DNA of 34,671 nt, taken from assembly GCA_039028615.1 (NCBI GenBank), contig JBCCHT010000072.1:1-34671 (forward strand), written 5' to 3'. Position 1 is the stretch's first letter, and every line of letters begins with the position of its first letter. A model generated the notes under the pieces. It saw nothing but the letters and a program-made list of their open reading frames with translations. It was not told the DNA's origin and did not search any database. Position numbers and translations under genes: made by a program. Shown piece by piece: positions 8,629-18,015 of this stretch. Source of the DNA: Myxococcota bacterium (GTDB lineage: Bacteria; Myxococcota_A; Polyangia; Nannocystales; Nannocystaceae).

Positions 8629-9819
8629 CTAGAGCTCGAGGCCCTTTTGCGCGCAGTGGTCTTTGAGCTTCGTGCGCTCGGCGCCCTTGAGGCGCTTGAG
8701 GACGTATTGGGCCTTGCCGCGGTCCTTCATGCGACAGGCAGCGAAGCCCATGACCCACAGCGTGTCGCGATGGGGCTTGGCGGCGTACGACTCCTTGGCC
8801 TTGCGATACGCCCCCGAGGGATTGGTGTACTGGATCGCCCGGGCCTCTTTGAGCAGCGCGTCGGCGTCGACCGAGGGCTTGGGCTGAGGCTTGGGTTTGG
8901 GCCGCTTGGTCTTGGGCCGTGGCTTGGGCTTGGTGGCGGTGGGCTGCTCGTCCTCGATGATCTCGACCGGCTCTTCGCCGTCGTCGGCCCCGGCATCGAG
9001 ACCCGCGTCGTCCTCGACGATCGCACCATCGTCTGCCGCCGCCGGCTCGGCCTCGGCCCCGACGTCGGCGATGGGCTCGGCCGCGGGCTCGGCCCCATCG
9101 TCGGCAGCGGCAGCGGGCGGTGGCGCGGCGTTCTTTTTGTCGTCGGCGGGAGCTTTGTCCGCCTTGCCTTCGCTGGCCGCGACCTCGTCGGAGCCCTTGC
9201 CCGCGTTCAGGGCGAAGAACACCCCGAGCACGATCAGCCCCAACACGGCGAACGCCAAGAAGATGAGCAGCCCGGTGTTCTTCTTCTTCTCGGGCTGGCC
9301 CGCGTAGCCGGCGGGGTACTGACCCACCGGTACCGGACCGGAGTCGACCGCCATGTGCGGGGGCGCAGCGGCGATCGGTTGTTGGCCCGATTGCAGCGCT
9401 GCGATTTCCTCGGCCGACAGCCGCGGCAGGTCGGCGCTGGAGCTGACCAGTAGCGGCTCGCTCGTCGCGGCCGCGACCCCTCCGTTGGCGGCCTGGCCCG
9501 AGCGGAAATTCAGCGGGCTCTTGTCGACGTCCTCGGTGATCGCGAGGTGGTAGTCGCCGATCTCGACGACGTCGCCTTCGCGGAGCTTGGTGCGGCCGTC
9601 GACGACCTCGTTGTTGACCTTGACGCCGTTGTAGCTGCCGAGGTCCTCGATGACCCAACCGTCTTGCTCGGGGAACAACCGCGCGTGCTGCCGGGAGACG
9701 TTCTTCTCCGTCAGCTGGATCGTGTTCCCCTGCTGACGCCCGATCGTGATTGCCTCACTAGCCAGGGGCACGACGGTCGTGGAACCCTCGTCGTCCTCGA
9801 TAATCAGGCGGAGGGACAT
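8629..9819 (-). CDS. FHA domain single-pass membrane protein with a Pro/Lys-rich linker and a helical C-terminal domain
   Basis: FHA motifs IGRQ, VSRQHA, EDLGSYNGVKVN, LREGDVVEIG; TM LLIFLAFAVLGLIVLGVFFAL; KPKPRPK linker. Confidence 0.9.
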   Translation of the reverse strand: MSLRLIIEDDEGSTTVVPLASEAITIGRQQGNTIQLTEKNVSRQHARLFPEQDGWVIEDLGSYNGVKVNNEVVDGRTKLREGDVVEIGDYHLAITEDVDKSPLNFRSGQAANGGVAAATSEPLLVSSSADLPRLSAEEIAALQSGQQPIAAAPPHMAVDSGPVPVGQYPAGYAGQPEKKKNTGLLIFLAFAVLGLIVLGVFFALNAGKGSDEVAASEGKADKAPADDKKNAAPPPAAAADDGAEPAAEPIADVGAEAEPAAADDGAIVEDDAGLDAGADDGEEPVEIIEDEQPTATKPKPRPKTKRPKPKPQPKPSVDADALLKEARAIQYTNPSGAYRKAKESYAAKPHRDTLWVMGFAACRMKDRGKAQYVLKRLKGAERTKLKDHCAQKGLEL

Positions 9820-9864
9820 CAAGAGCCTCAGGGTAGAGACCAGCGCCAAATCCTGTCAAGACGG

Positions 9865-10860
9865 TCAATTGGGGGCGACGAACACCGATCCACCCCTGGA
9901 ACGCGGCAACGGTGGCTCCTGGGCACCAAAACCTGCGTTCGACGGGGAGGAAGACGCGTGCTCCTTCGCGGCGCGGCTGGCCGCCACGAGTCGGGACGCT
10001 GGGTACACCGCCACACCTTGCGCATAGAGGTCCGGCAGCCGGCGTCCCAACACTTCCACCACTTCGGGCGAGGGATGGGCGATCGCGACCACTGGGTGAT
10101 CGTGACTCAGTTGCGCCGCATGCTCGAGTGCGGCTTCGATGGCCGCCGCAGACGGGTCGTGGTCGAGGAACACCTCACGCCGTAGGCTCGGCACCCCAGC
10201 TCGTTGCGCCATCGCCTCGGCCTGCGTGTCGCCGATCGTGCGCGAGTCAATGAAGTAAAGCGGCCGCGGTGCGAGCACGGCCATCACCTCGCGCATCGCC
10301 GCTTCGTCACGCGTCAGTGCCGATCCCATATGGTTGTTGACACCGACCGCGGCGGGCACCCGCGCCAGCGCGTCCTCGACCGCCGCTCGCAGCGTCGCCG
10401 GATCCTCGCCCAGTCGCAGGAACCGCTCGCCGGACTCGGCGCCCTCGAACATCATCGACGGCTTCGAGGGCTCCATCGGCAGATGAAGCATGATCTCTCG
10501 GTAGCGTCGGCGATCGCCGCGCAACCTCGTCTGCACCCCCGCCGCATAGACCGACCCCGGCAAGACGCTGAACGTCAGGGGATACCGCAGCGCCAGCAGC
10601 TGCTCGAACAAGTGAAGCTCGCGACCGACGTCGTCGATGACGATCGCCAGGTGTCCCTTCGCTTCGTCCCAGGGCAAGACCCGATCGCCGTGCTCACGCT
10701 GCCACTGCTGCGTATCTCGCACGATCATGTCCACCTCGCGCTGGCGGATGGTCTTTTCGTCCTCCGACGCTGGCGGCGGATCGGGTGGCAGAGGCGCCGC
10801 CGCCATGAGCCCGACACACAGGCCGAGCCACCCGACGAGGCTCCAGGGGGGACGCGCCAT
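9865..10860 (-). CDS. Divergent polysaccharide deacetylase family protein (YibQ-like)
   Basis: AIVIDDVG, MLHLPMEP, GVNNHMGS, FIDSRT, VFLD and IAHP motifs; N-terminal signal/anchor. Confidence 0.9.
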   Translation of the reverse strand: MARPPWSLVGWLGLCVGLMAAAPLPPDPPPASEDEKTIRQREVDMIVRDTQQWQREHGDRVLPWDEAKGHLAIVIDDVGRELHLFEQLLALRYPLTFSVLPGSVYAAGVQTRLRGDRRRYREIMLHLPMEPSKPSMMFEGAESGERFLRLGEDPATLRAAVEDALARVPAAVGVNNHMGSALTRDEAAMREVMAVLAPRPLYFIDSRTIGDTQAEAMAQRAGVPSLRREVFLDHDPSAAAIEAALEHAAQLSHDHPVVAIAHPSPEVVEVLGRRLPDLYAQGVAVYPASRLVAASRAAKEHASSSPSNAGFGAQEPPLPRSRGGSVFVAPN

Positions 10861-10987
10861 GCGTCGGAGCCTAACAGCGGCCGATCTTCACCCGAAACAA
10901 TCGGGGCGATCGCCCCGACGGCGGCCGCGCCCGAACCGGGCCCGGCCGAAAAACGGCCGAGAACGGGCTTCTAGGGGACTCGACAGC

Positions 10988-12688
10988 TCAGCCGCTGGCG
11001 ATGGCCATCAAAAACCAGGTCGAGTGCGGGAGCCACTGCTCCGTCCATCGCCAGGCCTTGTCGGCGCGCCCGTGGGCCTCGGGGGGGTCGTAGCAGGGCC
11101 GGCCGAGCTCGTCCTCGGGATCGGCCGTGATCCCGTTGGCGATGCCACCCGCGCTCGGCGGGCAGCCGTCGCTGTAGTGGGGGCTGTTGTGCCCGTGACC
11201 GTGCAGCATGCACACGTCGTAGGGGTTCGTGCCCAGCACCCAGTCGAGCTGCGCCGTGGCGTAGGCCTGCAGCCCTTCGCGAAGCTCGGCATCCGCGTTG
11301 TCCCCGAAGTAGGCCGCCGCCGATCGTGCCGCCGCCGCCAGCGAACCGAGCCGGGCGTTCTCCCCCTGCCACCAGTAGCCGGTCTCGTTGTCGTGCGGCA
11401 TGAAGAACGACACGCGTCGCTCTCCTTTGGTGTTCACCACCACTTGCCGGGCCAGCCCGAAGGGATTGGTGCTCGCGTCCACCCGCGCAAGCTCGGCCGT
11501 CATGATCTTGCGGACGGCGTTGTCCGCCGCGTTGCGTCGCGTCTCGTCGGACTCGATGTCGATGTACTCCAGCAACGCCAGCACGGGCAGGCCCGCCTCG
11601 GCCGCGTGGAAGTAGGGGCGGTGGGCATCGTCGGCGCGCAGGTAGCCGCCCAGGCCATCGCCGCCGTCGTACACCCGAGAGATCAGCGACGCCGCCCGAT
11701 CGCGAGCAAAGGACAGGTACGTGTCGTCCTTGGTCACGCGCTGCAGCTCGACCCCGGCCAGCAACGCACAGTAGTCGTCGATGATGTTCTCGGTGCCGTC
11801 GGGCAGCCACTGCCGCCCGTGCTCCACCAAGTAAGACATCGCCCGTCGGGCCGTCTCGAGGTAGCGAGCCTTGTCGTACTCGCCGGGCGCGTCGGTCCCC
11901 GCCACCCGGGCCAACGCCGCGATGGCCATGCCGCCGCCCTGCCGGAACGCCGCCTGCCACTGCGTCAGCTTGGTCCCCGTGACGTCCCGGTAGCTGCACA
12001 CGCTGCGCTTGTCCGGGTCGTGCGACCAGCCGTCGAAGATGGTCATGTAGAACGCGCCCGACTCGTCGAGCATGCGCACCAAGAAGTCGGCCCCGTGCGC
12101 TGCTTCCTCGAGCAGGCGCTCGCGAATGGTGTCGACCAGGGCGTCGCCCGCCTGCGCCTCGAGCCGAGTCCAGGCCGCCGCGCAGACCCACGGCACCAGC
12201 GGGGTCTGCTGGGGGTTGAAGAAGTTCGCGTAGCTCAGGTGGCTGAGATACTTGCTGCGATCGCCGCTGGCGTCGTACCAGCCGCCGTGCACGTCGACCC
12301 GCCGCTCGCTGCCCTCGATGGGCACCGAGAAGTCGGCGCGGTCGCTGGCCCCCGTGCAGCGCTGGGACTTGAAGTAGTCCATCACGTCGAACGCCGTGGA
12401 TCGCAGCAGCTGCGAGGGCCCCACGCGGAAGGACGCGCTGCGCTGGCCGTCGACGCTCAGGACGTAGCGCCCGGCCTCTTCGAGCGCGGAAAAGTCCAGC
12501 ACCGCATAGGGGCCGCCTGGCCAGCGATCGACACCCACGCCCCCGGAGGGCTGGCCGGAGAGCACGACGGCCCCGTCCGACTCGCGGAGGACCGAGAATT
12601 GAGAGGGCACGTTCGCCCCGTCGCAGCGAAGGATCGCCCGCTTGGGTCGTTCGAGCTCATAGCCTACGTGGTCGTGAAGAATCAGCAC
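10988..12688 (-). CDS. Glycoside hydrolase family 9, exo-beta-D-glucosaminidase-like
   Basis: DVHGGWYDASGDRSKYLSHLSYANFFNPQQTP, FFMPHDNETGYWWQGENARLGS and WRWTEQWLPH match my recollection of the Vibrio/Photobacterium GH9 glucosaminidase clade. GTG start overlaps the upstream stop (GTGCTGA); no signal peptide. Confidence 0.85.
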   Translation of the reverse strand: MLILHDHVGYELERPKRAILRCDGANVPSQFSVLRESDGAVVLSGQPSGGVGVDRWPGGPYAVLDFSALEEAGRYVLSVDGQRSASFRVGPSQLLRSTAFDVMDYFKSQRCTGASDRADFSVPIEGSERRVDVHGGWYDASGDRSKYLSHLSYANFFNPQQTPLVPWVCAAAWTRLEAQAGDALVDTIRERLLEEAAHGADFLVRMLDESGAFYMTIFDGWSHDPDKRSVCSYRDVTGTKLTQWQAAFRQGGGMAIAALARVAGTDAPGEYDKARYLETARRAMSYLVEHGRQWLPDGTENIIDDYCALLAGVELQRVTKDDTYLSFARDRAASLISRVYDGGDGLGGYLRADDAHRPYFHAAEAGLPVLALLEYIDIESDETRRNAADNAVRKIMTAELARVDASTNPFGLARQVVVNTKGERRVSFFMPHDNETGYWWQGENARLGSLAAAARSAAAYFGDNADAELREGLQAYATAQLDWVLGTNPYDVCMLHGHGHNSPHYSDGCPPSAGGIANGITADPEDELGRPCYDPPEAHGRADKAWRWTEQWLPHSTWFLMAIASG

Positions 12689-13449
12689 GGCAACATCGAT
12701 CGGACTAGCCGGGGAAAGGGTCGAGAGATGCGGGCTCGATGACGACGCCACCGCAGTACCGCCGAGGGTGTCGCCACCCACAACGAGCCCTCGCGCACGC
12801 GCTCGGCCACGTTGTCCAGGTGAGCCCGATATTGGGGCAGCGGGATCGACTCCCACGATTGGTCGGCGACGCCATGGAACTCGCGAACCGCCCAACCTTG
12901 GTTGGCAATCGCGTCGTCGACATAAGCCTCGAGCACGTCGCCCTTGCCCTTGTAGATCGAGTGTTCTTCCCCGTAGGTGTCGAAGCGAACCTCGAACTCG
13001 TTGCCCGGCTCGGACTTGTTGAGCCCGCGCTCCCCCGCGCGGGCGCCCCGGTAGCCGGCCGCCCGCAAGTGGGCCAGGCCCTCGTCGTTCCACTCGTCGA
13101 AGGGAAACGCGAAGAAGGTGACGCGTCGTGACAGCTCGGCCTCGAGCACCGCTCGCGCCGCGTCGATCTCCGCCCCGAAGTTCGTCGTCTTGGTCAGGTC
13201 GGCGTGGCTCCACGAGTGGTTGATCGCCTCGTGTCCCGTCGTCACCGCGGTGCGGAGCTTGGGGAAGAGCCCGCGGCGCGCGGCCTCGGACACGACGATC
13301 GCCAACCCGGCATGCAGGCCGCGAGCGTCGAGCTCGGGCAGCCCCTGCTCGAGGAACCCATCCGCGAGCGGGTCGCCCACATCATCGTGGATGATGCTGT
13401 AGGCCGCCAGCGCGCCTCCGGGCCACGGCCCACCGAGCCCCTCGCTCAC
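12682..13449 (-). CDS. Polysaccharide deacetylase (NodB/CE4 family)
   Basis: SIIHDD (motif 1), GHEAINHSWSH (motif 2), FAFPF (motif 3), EFHGV (motif 5); GTGA overlap with the upstream GH9 stop. Confidence 0.85.
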   Translation of the reverse strand: MSEGLGGPWPGGALAAYSIIHDDVGDPLADGFLEQGLPELDARGLHAGLAIVVSEAARRGLFPKLRTAVTTGHEAINHSWSHADLTKTTNFGAEIDAARAVLEAELSRRVTFFAFPFDEWNDEGLAHLRAAGYRGARAGERGLNKSEPGNEFEVRFDTYGEEHSIYKGKGDVLEAYVDDAIANQGWAVREFHGVADQSWESIPLPQYRAHLDNVAERVREGSLWVATPSAVLRWRRHRARISRPFPRLVRSMLPC

Positions 13450-15386
13450 GGGATCGCCACCTGAGCCAGCACGAGGTTGGCGTTGTAATAGATGTCCGGC
13501 TCGGTCACGGCCCACCAGCCCTCGTCCCACTTGCCCTCGGGCACGAAGCCGCCGTCCCACAGATCGCTCTGTCGCCAGTGCCACATGGACCCCGCGGGCA
13601 GGCCCGATCGCAGCGGCTCCGGGTTTTCCCACAGCAGCGCCTTGGCGGGCGCGCCTGGGGCCAAGAAGCCGAGGTTGTCGGCATTGGGTCCGCCGATGAG
13701 GTACCCGGGCGGAGGCGGCTCCATGGCGCCCCACTCCATGTGGTACATGCGCTCGGGACCCTTACCGATGCGGGTCACCATCGAGTAGCCGTTGGGGTTG
13801 CGACCGAGCACCCAGTGCCATTGGTCGCGCGCCGCTTCGGGCAGCCAGCTCGATCCCGGATCGAGCCTCGCCGCGATGGCGAGGATGTACGTCTTCTCCA
13901 TCAAGTTGGAGTTGTGCGCCCAGTAGTACTCGGCCGGAGAGCTCGCGCAGCGGTAGCCGTCCTTGGACTCGATCTGCTCGCGCATCGACTCGGCCGCGGC
14001 CAGAAGGCGCGTGCGAGACTCCCCGCTGACCGCCTTGGGGGCCTTGCCGTCCTGCGCCATCGTGCCCAGGGCCCAGCGGCTCAGGTTCGACCACGCTCCG
14101 GTCACCAGCTTCTCGGGTGTGGCCTCGGGCTCGGCCAGCAGCTTTTTGTACAGCTCGAGTGCGGTCGGCTCGTTGAAGCTGGCCCACATCTCGGCCGCGG
14201 CCACCAGCTTGGCCCCGACATCGGTATAGCCGGGCTCGTCGTCCCACAGCGGCTGCGGGCTGCCCTTGCCATCGACGATCACGCGCTCGGGATGCTCCTG
14301 CATCCACTTCCAGCCCGCCTTGGCCGCCTTGGCGCAGCGGTTGGCGTAGGCCTTGTCGTGGCCCTTGTAGACCCGCGCCGCCAGAGCCAGAGCGGCCACC
14401 GCCTTGGCCGTGGCCGCCGTGCTCACCCCCGCGACCCAGCGCTCCGTCTTGTCGGTGTCGGCGGGACCCTCGGGCGAAAACTCCATCACCGCTTCGCGAT
14501 GTCGGAACGCGCCGCCGGGCTCCTGCATCGACAGGATCCAGTCCAGGCCCCAGCGTGCCTCGTCGAGCAGGTCGGGCGTGCCGTTGCCCGACTCGGGGAT
14601 CGTCAGGTGGTTGTCGGCGAAGCGCTTGGGCGCCATCTCGTACGCCATCAGCAACGCCTGCACCGTCGGCGCCGTGGAGGGCACGTACATGTCGTAGTTA
14701 CCCGCGTCGTGCCACCCGCCGACCAGCTCGAAGCGATGCTTCTTGTCGGGGTAGTGCATCAGGTCCCAGCCCACGTCGTCGTGCGCATGGGAGACGCCCT
14801 TGCGGATGTAGCTCGTGCCCTCCCAGCGGGCGTAGGGCTCGACCAGCGCGGTGCGGGTGCGCTGGAAGTAAAAGTGCTTGAGTCCTGCGACCAGGGCCTT
14901 GGAGTAGACCTCGTCGCCGACCGTGAACGGATCGCTGCGGATCTGCCCGTCCACGATGCGGTAGGTCCCCGGCTTCTGCACCGACGTGAAGTCGACCTGC
15001 CACACCGGGTCCGCCGACGCTTCGTCCATCCCCCGGTCGTCGGCCTTCGCCGCGTCGAGGGTCGCCACCACCTCGCCGCCCGGCTCGGTCACCACCTGCG
15101 GCGACTTGGGTGGGGTGTTGAAGATCGCGATCTTCCGCCACGCCGACGGGTACCCCACCGTGTTGACCTTGATCGCCGGGACGTTCTGTCCGGGCATGGC
15201 CGGGGCGGGGGTGCCCGACGTCGTCTGGTGGCCGAGGTACACGGTTTTGGAGGGGTTGGAGCTGCCGTCGGACGTCCCCATCGGGGTGCACGCACCCAAC
15301 GCGACAAGGCCAAGGATCCATCCGTAACAACCGCCTCGGCGGCGATGTGGCGTTTTCGGCTCGATGCCGTGTTCTGCTTCGTTCAC
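13446..15386 (-). CDS. Glycoside hydrolase family 9 lipoprotein with an N-terminal Ig-like (CelD_N-type) domain
   Basis: Lipobox LGAC, VNTVGY, FYFQR, GGWHDAGNY, PDLLDEARWGLDW, WVLGRNP and VTEPDIYYNA motifs. Confidence 0.88.
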   Translation of the reverse strand: MNEAEHGIEPKTPHRRRGGCYGWILGLVALGACTPMGTSDGSSNPSKTVYLGHQTTSGTPAPAMPGQNVPAIKVNTVGYPSAWRKIAIFNTPPKSPQVVTEPGGEVVATLDAAKADDRGMDEASADPVWQVDFTSVQKPGTYRIVDGQIRSDPFTVGDEVYSKALVAGLKHFYFQRTRTALVEPYARWEGTSYIRKGVSHAHDDVGWDLMHYPDKKHRFELVGGWHDAGNYDMYVPSTAPTVQALLMAYEMAPKRFADNHLTIPESGNGTPDLLDEARWGLDWILSMQEPGGAFRHREAVMEFSPEGPADTDKTERWVAGVSTAATAKAVAALALAARVYKGHDKAYANRCAKAAKAGWKWMQEHPERVIVDGKGSPQPLWDDEPGYTDVGAKLVAAAEMWASFNEPTALELYKKLLAEPEATPEKLVTGAWSNLSRWALGTMAQDGKAPKAVSGESRTRLLAAAESMREQIESKDGYRCASSPAEYYWAHNSNLMEKTYILAIAARLDPGSSWLPEAARDQWHWVLGRNPNGYSMVTRIGKGPERMYHMEWGAMEPPPPGYLIGGPNADNLGFLAPGAPAKALLWENPEPLRSGLPAGSMWHWRQSDLWDGGFVPEGKWDEGWWAVTEPDIYYNANLVLAQVAIP

Positions 15387-15394
15387 GGTTCGAC

Positions 15395-16444
15395 TCACAG
15401 GGTGAGGGTGACTTTGGAAAGCCCGCGGGGGTTGGCGGGGTCGTGCCCCTTGGCCTCGGCGAGCGCGGCCGCAAAACGCTGGCCAGGGACGATGGAGACG
15501 AGGGGGGACAGCCACGGCGACATCCCGTCCGGCAGTGACACCCACGAGCTCGCGCGGCTGGCCACATTGGGGTCGCTGGACAACACCAGGGTGTCCGCGC
15601 CTCGCTTGTCGAGCAGCTCGAGCACCGGGGCGAACGCCTGCGTCGCCGGGCCGGGCGGCGCGATCACGATGGCGGGGAAGCCCGAGTCGAGCATCGCGAT
15701 CGGCCCGTGCAGCAGGTCCGCGATCGAGTACGGCTCGGCCATCGCCAGGCAGGTCTCCTTGATCTTCAACGCCAGCTCGAACGCCGTGCAGTAGTTGAAC
15801 CCGCGACCCAAGACCAAAAACCGGTCCGCGCCACGATGCTTGGCTGCAACATCGCCCATCTGCGTCGAGCGGCGCAACGCCTCGTTCACCAGCTCGGGCA
15901 CGTTCGCCAGCTCGGACCACTGGCCACCGTTGGTGCCCAGCGCCGCCGACAGCATCGCAACGACCATCAGCTGCGCCGTATAGGTCTTCGTGGCCGCAAC
16001 GGCATGTTCCGTTCCGGCGCGCAGCTCCACGCAAAACTCTGCCGATCTCGCCAGCGGCGAGTCTGGATCGTTGGTGATCGCCAGCGTCGTGCCGCCTTGC
16101 TGCCGGGCATCATCGATCACCGTCACCACGTCCGGCGACTGTCCCGACTGGCTGATCCCGATCACCAATGCGTCGCCCAGCTGGGGCGGCTGCTTGTAGA
16201 TCGTGTGCAGCGACGGCACCGCCAGTCCGACCGGTAGGCCGAGGTGTGCGCCGAGAACATACTTGGCATAGCGGGCCGCGTTGTCGCTGGTGCCTCGCGC
16301 CGCGATGACGACGTGCCGCGGCCGCCGCCCTCGAATCGCGCGCGCGACCTCGCGAACCGCGTCTCCACCCTCATCGAGCAGCCCCTGCAAGACCTGCGGT
16401 TGCTGCTCAATCTCGAGATCCATGATCCCCACAGACAACACCAT
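15395..16444 (-). CDS. Double-SIS-domain protein, glucosamine-6-phosphate deaminase (GlmD/NagB-II-like)
   Basis: EIEQQP, ARGTSDNAA, ISQSGQSPD, AVAATKTY, ELALKIKET, LHGP and PRGLSKVT motifs, with no glutaminase domain. Start 16444 or 16423. Confidence 0.88.
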   Translation of the reverse strand: MVLSVGIMDLEIEQQPQVLQGLLDEGGDAVREVARAIRGRRPRHVVIAARGTSDNAARYAKYVLGAHLGLPVGLAVPSLHTIYKQPPQLGDALVIGISQSGQSPDVVTVIDDARQQGGTTLAITNDPDSPLARSAEFCVELRAGTEHAVAATKTYTAQLMVVAMLSAALGTNGGQWSELANVPELVNEALRRSTQMGDVAAKHRGADRFLVLGRGFNYCTAFELALKIKETCLAMAEPYSIADLLHGPIAMLDSGFPAIVIAPPGPATQAFAPVLELLDKRGADTLVLSSDPNVASRASSWVSLPDGMSPWLSPLVSIVPGQRFAAALAEAKGHDPANPRGLSKVTLTL

Positions 16445-16572
16445 GCGCTTCCCACCCACACCGAGGGTGGTCGTTTTTTTTCCTGTGCGTGGCGTGTTCC
16501 GATGCGATTCGTCCATGCCGCTGAGCGATTGTCGGCTTCCGCGACCCCTGCGCACGGTCTAAACATAAGAAG

Positions 16573-18015
16573 ATGAGAATAGACGCGGGGACGTTGACGA
16601 GGGTCGTGGCAGTCGGTTTCGCGGGCGCGTGCGCCTCGTTGGGTGTCGCCTGTGACGTCGGCCAGAGCAGCGAGTTGGCCAACGAGACCCTGACCGACGG
16701 CCCCGCGCCCAGCGGTGGCGGCCCAGGAGGGGAAGGCGACGACAGCCCCGCCGACAGCACGGGGGGCAACGGCTCCAACTCCGACCCCGACTCCGACGAC
16801 CCACCCGACGACCCCCTGCCCGACTTCGGCGGCGCGCAGGGTTGCGACTACGCCGGGGACGATGCCGCCCAGCCCTTCGGCCACCATGCCCATAGCTATG
16901 CCGACGGCACCATCCTCCCCAGCGGCAGCCTCGGCCAGCTCGACGCCGCCGTCGCGGACGTGTACGGCCAGTGGCGACAGCAGTTCCTGCGGCAGGGCTG
17001 CGGCGACGGCCGCTACTACGTGACCATCGGCGGCGACGACAGCCTCACCGTCAGCGAGGCCCACGGCTACGGCATGCTCATCGCCGTGTACATGGCCGGC
17101 TTCGATCCCGACGCCCGCGAGTTCTTCGACGGCCTGCACGCCTACTATCGCGACCACCCCTCGACCGGCACCCCGCCGCTCATGGCCTGGTCGCAGGATC
17201 ACAGCTGCACCACCAACCTCGGGGGCAGCAGCGCCACCGACGGAGATCTCGACATCGCCTACGCCTTGCTCCTGGCCGACAAGCAGTGGGGCAGCGGCGG
17301 GACGATCGACTACCTCGGCGAGGCCACCGAGCTACTGTGGGCGATCACCAACGTCGAGCTCGGGGAAGGCTACGTATACCTGGGCGACTGGGTCGGCGAC
17401 GCCTACTATCGCCAGGCCACGCGCAGCAGCGACTTCATGCCCAACCACTTCGCCGCCTTCGAGGACATCGTCGGCGACGGGCGCTGGGAGAACGCCATCG
17501 GCACCACCTACTCCATCATGTCCGCGGTGCAGTCGAGCGACTCGGGGCTGCTGCCCGACTTTGCCCAGTGGGTGACCTCCGATCCGATCCCGGCCGAGCC
17601 CTGGTTCCTCGAGCGCGAGTGGGACGGGGACTACTCGTACAATGCGTGTCGGGTGCCGTGGAGAATCGGGTTGGGGTACCTGGCCGATGGGGACTCTCGG
17701 GCGCGGAATCTGCTGAACCCGATGATCGGGTGGTTCCAGAACGCGACGGGGGGAGATCCCTGGAACATGGCGTCGGGGTATCGGCTCTGGGGGGAGCCGT
17801 TGCCGGGGGCGGACTTCCCCTCGATGACGTACATCGCACCGATGGGGATCGCGGCGATGCTCGATCCTAGCCGGCAGGCGTTGCTGGATTCGATCTGGGA
17901 GGCGGCGGCGTATTCGGATCTCACGGGGGTGTATTACGACGATACGTTGCGGTTGTTGTCGATGATTGCGATGAGTGGGAACTGGTGGTCGCCGCAGCAT
18001 GCGGCTTGTCCTTGA
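16573..18015 (+). CDS. Glycoside hydrolase family 8 lipoprotein (chitosanase/lichenase-type, GH8b)
   Basis: Lipobox-like GVAC, TVSEAHGYGM, ATDGDLDIAYALLLADKQWG, RSSDF, GLLPDF and FLE...YSYNACRVPWR motifs. Confidence 0.9.
   Translation: MRIDAGTLTRVVAVGFAGACASLGVACDVGQSSELANETLTDGPAPSGGGPGGEGDDSPADSTGGNGSNSDPDSDDPPDDPLPDFGGAQGCDYAGDDAAQPFGHHAHSYADGTILPSGSLGQLDAAVADVYGQWRQQFLRQGCGDGRYYVTIGGDDSLTVSEAHGYGMLIAVYMAGFDPDAREFFDGLHAYYRDHPSTGTPPLMAWSQDHSCTTNLGGSSATDGDLDIAYALLLADKQWGSGGTIDYLGEATELLWAITNVELGEGYVYLGDWVGDAYYRQATRSSDFMPNHFAAFEDIVGDGRWENAIGTTYSIMSAVQSSDSGLLPDFAQWVTSDPIPAEPWFLEREWDGDYSYNACRVPWRIGLGYLADGDSRARNLLNPMIGWFQNATGGDPWNMASGYRLWGEPLPGADFPSMTYIAPMGIAAMLDPSRQALLDSIWEAAAYSDLTGVYYDDTLRLLSMIAMSGNWWSPQHAACP

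Noticed and set aside
15395..16444. glmS call for the SIS protein
   Set aside because: No N-terminal glutamine amidotransferase domain.
16553..16568. Possible NagR/DasR (dre-like) operator GGTCTAAAC in the SIS/GH8 divergent region
   Set aside because: Only about half of the 16-bp consensus matches and no GntR regulator is in the window; suggestive context but not supportable.
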